NCBI GenBank assembly: GCA_012295275.1
Contig: CM022671.1
Location: 4,464,001-4,528,000 of the forward strand
Source of the DNA: Chrysomallon squamiferum
Taxonomy: Eukaryota; Animalia; Mollusca
Reading direction: 5' to 3'
Length of the DNA: 64,000 nt
Of this stretch, positions 57,791-64,000 are shown one piece after another. A program made the position numbers and the translations under genes. Each line of letters opens with the position of its first letter. Position 1 is the first letter of the stretch. Under the pieces are notes generated by a model. The model ran no database searches and had not been told where the DNA came from. It was given only the letters and a program-made list of their open reading frames with translations.

Positions 57791-58174
57791 GAGGCTTTTC
57801 AACTTTTGAAGAACGCTTTCCCGAGTATTGCATTTCACAGGAAAACACGGACAGTACCATTATGGGTTTGAAAAACCTCCGTATTGCGGACGACTCTGCA
57901 TACGGGACGTCGAGCGAGAGTGACAGTGAAACCACCCCCCACCTGTCCCCCTTCCCGGTGCAGGTGTTACCTCATCTTTTCCTTGGAAATGCCAAAAATT
58001 CCGCGGACTTAAACCAGCTGAAAAACTTCGGAATAAAATATATTCTAAACGTGACTCCCAATGTGCCAAACTTGTTTGAGAAGGACCCGTCGATCAAATA
58101 CTTACAAATACCCATTAGCGATCACTGGTCACAGAATCTGTCCGCATTCTTCCCAGAAGCCATTGCGTTTATTG
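57791..58174 (+). CDS. DUSP6/7: DUSP6/7/9 (MKP3) family coding exon 2: linker/NES and first half of the catalytic domain
   Basis: Acceptor TTTTCAACAG|GA continues the frame as GGFSTFEERFPEYC...MGLKNLRI...FPVQVLPHLFLG...GIKYILNVTPNVPNLFE...QIPISDHWSQNLSAFFPEAIAFI. It ends at donor G|GTGAGT (58174/58175). The exon is 384 nt, phase 1-1. QIPISDHWSQNL is diagnostic of DUSP6/7/9. Confidence 0.96.
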
Positions 58175-58200
58175 GTGAGTATTTATTTATTTATTATGTA

Positions 58201-58256
<56 letters not shown>

Positions 58257-59181
58257 ACACACACACACACACATATATATCTTAGAAGGTTTTTGCCTTT
58301 AGTAATAAACATTTAGGTTGTTGTTGTTTTTGCCTAGTTTCGCCAAAAGAATCACGATTTTATCATTTCCATCAGTTTTTATTAAACAAGTGAATTATTA
58401 TCTTTGCAATCGCACACCTCCTACAAACCTTTATCAGCCACAAACCTCTGCCATTGGCTCGTTTTGCCTGCCAGACACACTCACGTTTATTGCTGTCATC
58501 ATTTAAGTCGTTTTCTCGGGAGCCATTTCAGGACTGTTAAGGTCAGAGTAGATTCAACGATCAACTTTATTACTCGAACGTTTTTACCCCCGGGCTGACC
58601 TTGACATTTCCCATCCATGAATGAACGGCTATAATTCATCAAAAGACATCTTAGACATCTTAGTTAAGTAAATTTGAAACAATTTAATCTCCCGTGGATT
58701 TGAAAACAACAATTATCATGATTCGTTTTGATAATATCTAAGATAAATCAGTCATTGGAAAAAAATGATTTTCATTTTTATTATTATTAATTATTTTTTT
58801 TTTTTTTTTTATTTTTATTTATTTTTTTTTTTTTTGTTTTTTGTTGGGGGTGGTAGCTGAAATCTTTGTAGTCATTACTATTAAATCAGCTATGTTAGCT
58901 GTCTTGCTTTTCTTTTGGTAGGCAGTATACAGAGATAATAGTAACCGCATCCCTGAGTAACATTGTTAATGGAGATTTGCCATGCTCCGTTTTTCAGTGG
59001 TTGTTACATTTTGTAGCTTACTTTTTTCTTCTTTTTTTTTCTTTTGGTTTACACAAGTAACTTGCCTTAATACTGCTAGCGGGCTAAAAGTACAGCGATT
59101 AATAATATTAATTTATTAGTTTGTGTGAGGACAGACATTGATATATTCGTTACCATGATGTGGAAGACTTATTAATCTGTC

Positions 59182-59258
<77 letters not shown>

Positions 59259-59771
59259 GTGAGTGAGTGAGAGAGTGAGTGAGAGAGTGAGTGTGTGTGT
59301 GTGTGTGTGTCTATGTACGTCTATAATTTATTTTATTTGGTTTCTTTTCTTTTTAATTGTCCCAGGCTCCATCCCAAATGAAGCTAACGATGCCAAACTG
59401 ATAATATTATCTTTTCTTATTCATCTTATCACTTTTAGTCATAATTCTTCTCTGGAGAATTACTTTATTAGCGTCAGACGAACGTTAGCTACAAACTGTC
59501 AAGAAAAATGAAATGATTTATACGTTACTTGGTTAACTGCCTCATGTGCACTTGTGTTTATTGCTGAAGGTCAAGGCAAAACGTATTTCTTATCAACATC
59601 TGTTAGTTATTACATCAGGCGAGGTTCTGGGGTGTGGTGATATCGTGGGGATCTCCCACCCCCACCTACAGTTTCTGACCATGAGTGGGTTTTAGGAACT
59701 AATTTTGAAAATTTCGTGTTTGTAAGAAACGGAAAGAAATTTTCTCACTGTTCTTGAGTTCCAGATTTTTA

Positions 59772-59894
59772 TACAAGGGCGAATCTGAAATATTGATAGA
59801 GTGTGTGTGTGTGTGGGTGTTCAGAGGATCTTTACTGTGAGAGGTTTGTCAGTGACACCCTTCCTGTAAACATTTCTAGATCCGCTTCTGTGTA
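59772..59894. mobile_element. degenerate MITE-like element with imperfect terminal inverted repeats
   Basis: The left end TACAAGGGCGAATCTGAAA resembles the reverse complement of the right end, TACACAGAAGCGGATCTAGAAA. Confidence 0.4.
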
Positions 59895-60608
59895 ATAAAT
59901 GTGAAGAACGTTTTAAGAAATATTTACAGCGTTGACATATTTCTAAATGTTCGGTGTACAAAATGACTTTCCAAAAAGTTTTTATAACAAGTAAAATTTC
60001 TGGATTTTATGAATGGTATTTCTTCTTCCAAGGTTGAAAAGTTGTATTTTCGGTCAGCCTCCCCTATTTACGTGTGGTTTCTGTTTGCTTGGTAAACATT
60101 TGATCGCACGGCTGTCGTTTCTTTATTCACGTGGCAAGCATGTAAAGTAGACTTGCAGAGTGTGAGTTACATCTAGGTCAAAACCTGTTCCTAAAAAGAA
60201 CACGTTTTTTTTTTTTTTTTTCTTCTTCTTCATTTCTTTTTGTTTTTTTGGGGGTTTTTTTTCTCTTTCTTCTTTAAACTTGTCGCTTTATTTAACAGCA
60301 GTACAATGCCCAGAAGTACGCCCATCATCATTATAACTAGTGTACAAAGTCAACAAATCGGCTTTCGTCTACCTCACGCGCGCGTCTCTTTTACAGCGAG
60401 GGATGATGGGATACGCGAAGCAGACGAACGAGTTTTTCGGTGTGAAGGAATTTAGTTGTTTTTTTTTGTTTTTTTTCCCCGCCTCTTTGTTTCTAGTTTT
60501 GCCAGGAGCAGTTAAATGCTCGGTTAATGAATGGGACAACGAGGTCTAAGAATGTGTTTAAATAAAGACTGTGGCCGAGTTGTTAATAGGATCAAAGTCG
60601 TAGGTTTG

Positions 60609-60685
<77 letters not shown>

Positions 60686-61469
60686 ACGCGAGTAATTAAG
60701 GCATGGATTGTAAAAGTGACTTTAAAGAATACGTGCTGTTTCATTATGAAGAGCAAAAACAAGAGAGACGCATTAAAAAAAAAACAACAACAACGGGGAA
60801 ATGTTTTGTCTATCAGAGCTTTGTAGTGAGAGAGCTAGACGAAGGAATGGAGAGCATGGAAGATAGATATGAATATATACACACAATTATACTCCCCACT
60901 CACATATACATACATAAATACACACACACACATACATACACACATACATACACACACACGAGAGAATTTATAAACAATTCAGTAGCCGAACATTCAAAAC
61001 TCGAAACTGCTAAATTAAAACAAAACGAACAGATAACAGCAGTTACACATATAAATTCCTATTTTTAAAACGCTTATCGCCGATACTGTAATCTTCGCTA
61101 ACCATGTGTCATGAGAAATCATCTGAAATAAAACAACGAGCTGTTAATCTGACCACAGCCCCGACCGCAAAACTCGCTTGTAAATGACCACTCCCCCCCC
61201 CCATCATAATGACCACGATTACTGGTCTCTGTGTGCTCTTAATTCTTTTGTGGAAAAAGAGAACGAGAAAATAAAACGCGTAGCTTAAAAAAAAAAAAAA
61301 AAAAAAAAAAGAAAGGAAGAAAACCCGGGTTGCACGTCATTGAAAACGGCTAAGGTAGCGAGCGAGCGTTCAGTCGAATCAAACGTGTCGGAATGCTGGC
61401 GTTCGGTTCGTGAGATAATTTACATGGATTCACCATATGGCGTGTAATAATTCACTTCCTGCGTTTGGA

Positions 61470-61514
<45 letters not shown>

Positions 61515-61782
61515 GACAAAAATGAAAGATAAAAAAGTAAAAAAAAAAAAAAAAAAAAAAAATAGATTGAGAGAGAAAGAAACGGGGCCAATGTTTGATA
61601 ATTGGCAGAGCAGAGAAAGAGCGATAAGGAAATAGGAATGTCTGCTCGATTATGTAATTAAATTAAAAGATATTTGTTGCTAAGTGGAAACAGACAAATC
61701 AACCCGCATAGTAATTAACGAGCAATTTATTTGTTTACGAACTACGCGCGGCTTTCTTTCTGACAAAAGAAAAAAATATTTC

Positions 61783-61819
<37 letters not shown>

Positions 61820-62689
61820 AATAAAAGATAAAATATGCCGAAAAAAACAGACACAGTATTAATAAAAGTAGATTATGTTACATACTATAAATTCACACAC
61901 ACAGACATATTTTCAACATGTCTGGTTAATTTATATCAAATATTACAGTGATGCAGTTAACACACACACACACACACACGTTCACACTCTCACTCATCCA
62001 ACTAATAACACATCTGGATAACATGTACCGTTTATAATGTCAAATAAACCGATTCGCGAGACGGAAATGCTGTTTCCGGCACGTAAAATCCTGTGCGCTC
62101 GGAGAAAAAAAAAAAAATAGAGTCACAGGTGCTTGCCATAAAATACTCACTCAGACACTCGGAGGCGCCTTCAAGTTCCCGGGCACTACAGAACGTCACT
62201 TTTGACCTTGCCGATCACGTGATTAGAGTGTGATAACACATCGCGGCCTGTCATTATGCTATCCCATAATTCAGTATTAATCTCAGACGACACTTTGTTT
62301 TGTTTTTGTTTTCTTTTTTTCTTTCTTTCTTTTATTTTTTTTTTATTTTTATTTTTTTTACTATAAGAGAGGGAGAGTTGAAAATATAACTAATTTATTT
62401 TCTGTTTATATATTTTTATTTATTTATTTTATTATTATTATTTTTAAAAACACACCATCAAATAGAATAGTTATTTATAGATTTTTTGGTTGTCAGATTG
62501 TTTTAAAAAGTATTCACATTCACTTTATTTATCCCTCGAACTAAATTAAAAACAATCAGCCCTTATTTATATCGATACTGCATTCCGTAAGCTCATTATA
62601 ATATCACTCTAATTAACATAATTTATTTCTACTTTCGATATCGAGAACATTGACCCAAACGAACCTGCCACTGGAGATAGCAGTATAGT

Positions 62690-62855
62690 TATTATAATTT
62701 ATCAGTAGATAACTGATTTTCTACGCAATTATCATAATTTATTATTAGAAATTTGTTGACAGGAAACACTAGCGATGTAATTATCATAATTTATTATCAG
62801 ACACAGATATTATTGCAGTTTCTGCGACTTTCATAATTTATTATTAGACATTTGG
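62690..62855 (+). repeat. degenerate ~40-52 bp tandem repeat in intron 2
   Basis: TCATAATTTATTATTAGA-like core at ~62692, 62732, 62784 and 62831. Confidence 0.75.
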
Positions 62856-63065
62856 ATGATTGCCTAAACAAAATCGGTTACATTTCTGCTTCTAATAATA
62901 TTTGATAGTTTTATCAAAAATATCTGTTGTGTTTAAGTGTGCAAGTGTTCTCTCAGTGGGTTTCGGTTATACATTAACGGCTAGGCAAAAACAAACAACA
63001 ACAACAACAAAATAAAATAAAATAAAATAAAAATAAATGAGAGTAATGTTTTAATGTAGAACAAC

Positions 63066-63190
63066 ATTATTTTTATTAAAGCAGATGCTATGAATTACTT
63101 AAAAAATTAAATGGTTTTTTTTTTGTTTTTTTTTCACTGTAATTATTTTTATTAAGGAAGATGCTATGAATTACTTAAAACTAATGTTTT
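63066..63190 (+). repeat. ~76-bp-period duplication just upstream of the exon 3 acceptor
   Basis: ATTATTTTTATTAA.G..AGATGCTATGAATTACTTAAAA at ~63066 and ~63142. Confidence 0.85.
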
Positions 63191-63208
63191 TTTAATTTTT
63201 ATTTTCAG

Positions 63209-63540
63209 ATGAGGCTATTCAGTCCCACCAAGGCGTGCTTGTGCACTGCCTGGCAGGAATAAGTCGGTCGGTGACTGTGACGGTGGCGTACATGATGCAG
63301 AAGAAGAGCATGAACCTCAACCAGGCCTACGACTACGTCAAAACGTGCAAGCCCAACATCTCGCCCAACTTCACCTTCATGGGACAGCTCCTCGACTTTG
63401 AGCGGACGCTGGAGAAACGACACGACGGCGACTGCGACAACTGCGTCAACTGCGATAACGCCAACACCGAGTGCTGCATCTGCAGCGGCAAGGGCAAGGA
63501 TTCGTCGCCGCAGGACGTCGTCGACGCCAGGCTTACGTGA
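63209..63540 (+). CDS. DUSP6/7: DUSP6/7/9 (MKP3) family coding exon 3: active site HCxxGxxRS, Cys-rich tail and stop
   Basis: Branch-like CTAAT (63181) and acceptor TTTTCAG|AT give [31 protein letters not shown]...AYDYVK...[19 protein letters not shown], with TGA at 63538-63540. The three exons total 391+384+332=1107 nt, i.e. 368 aa plus stop. Confidence 0.96.
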
Positions 63541-64000
63541 CGTCAGCGGAAATAACCGGGAAGGTGAAGGTCACCACTTGACAATTAAAAACAAAAAGAA
63601 AAAAACAAAAGAGACGAAAGAAAAAAAAAGAAAAAAAAAAAAAGAAATAAAAGAAGAAAAGGTCACCTTGTCCTTTCGACGCTGTTGTCTTGGTTACCGT
63701 CACGCGCAGGCTTTCTGAGATGAATCAGACGTTTTTGCTGAATGTTTTGCAGAGACAAAAGTCCTGGCCTGTGGCACGACTCCACTGACAACAGAATGAT
63801 GCCGTGACGTACCCGCTGGGAAATTAATGGAAACGGCGCTCGACAAACAATTGTTATTGCGAGATCAAAATTTCCACGAAGCCTTCACTTCGAGGATAGC
63901 AGAACATTTCTAACTTCCAAGCAACTTAGTGTTGCATTTACTAGTCTTTCAGTACAACAACCTGCACACATTGGTGCAGATTTATAAATATATATATATA
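63541..64000 (+). other. proximal 3' UTR of the MKP3-family gene (end not defined)
   Basis: Directly follows the stop. The only AATAAA seen (~63645) lies inside an A-rich tract, so the 3' end is uncertain. Confidence 0.6.

Larger units (their letters stand above)
58175..63208 (+). other. intron 2 of the MKP3-family gene
   Basis: GTGAGT...ATTTTCAG. Splicing keeps the frame as AFI-D-EA. Confidence 0.92.

Noticed and set aside
63538-63540. UGA as selenocysteine
   Set aside because: A TAA follows four codons later, no SECIS was recognised, and the position lies outside the conserved domain.
63398-63718. Alternative-frame and antisense ORFs over the exons (also 56080-56349, 57860-58069, 63205-63423)
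   Set aside because: These are shadow ORFs caused by the GC-rich codon usage of the real gene.

Overview
Very AT-rich, microsatellite-dense animal genomic DNA. It looks invertebrate and plausibly molluscan, but the taxon cannot be established from the sequence. There is one clear protein-coding gene: a three-exon MAP-kinase phosphatase of the DUSP6/7/9 (MKP3) family on the + strand (CDS 56071-56461, 57791-58174, 63209-63540; 368 aa), with an unusual Cys-rich C-terminal tail. It has a compact immediate-early-type promoter (Capicua octamer, ETS-CRE, AP-1/CRE, CArG, GC box, CCAAT, TATA-like). Upstream lies ~55 kb with no recognisable gene, where 200-700 bp CpG-retaining islands alternate with long simple repeats. 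These islands are enriched in perfect CRE and GTCACGTGAC palindromes, ETS, YY1 and nuclear-receptor elements, and include homotypic clusters (4 Capicua octamers, 5 CAGGTG boxes, a 23-24 bp periodic TGACGTAAT array). I read this as a candidate long-range ERK-feedback enhancer landscape. Also present are a 30-bp minisatellite, several composite tandem repeats, tRNA-like SINE heads (one a tandem trio with hairpins) and MITE-like remnants. Nearly all ORFs in the supplied track are translated microsatellites. All motif calls were made by eye, and their function is inference.
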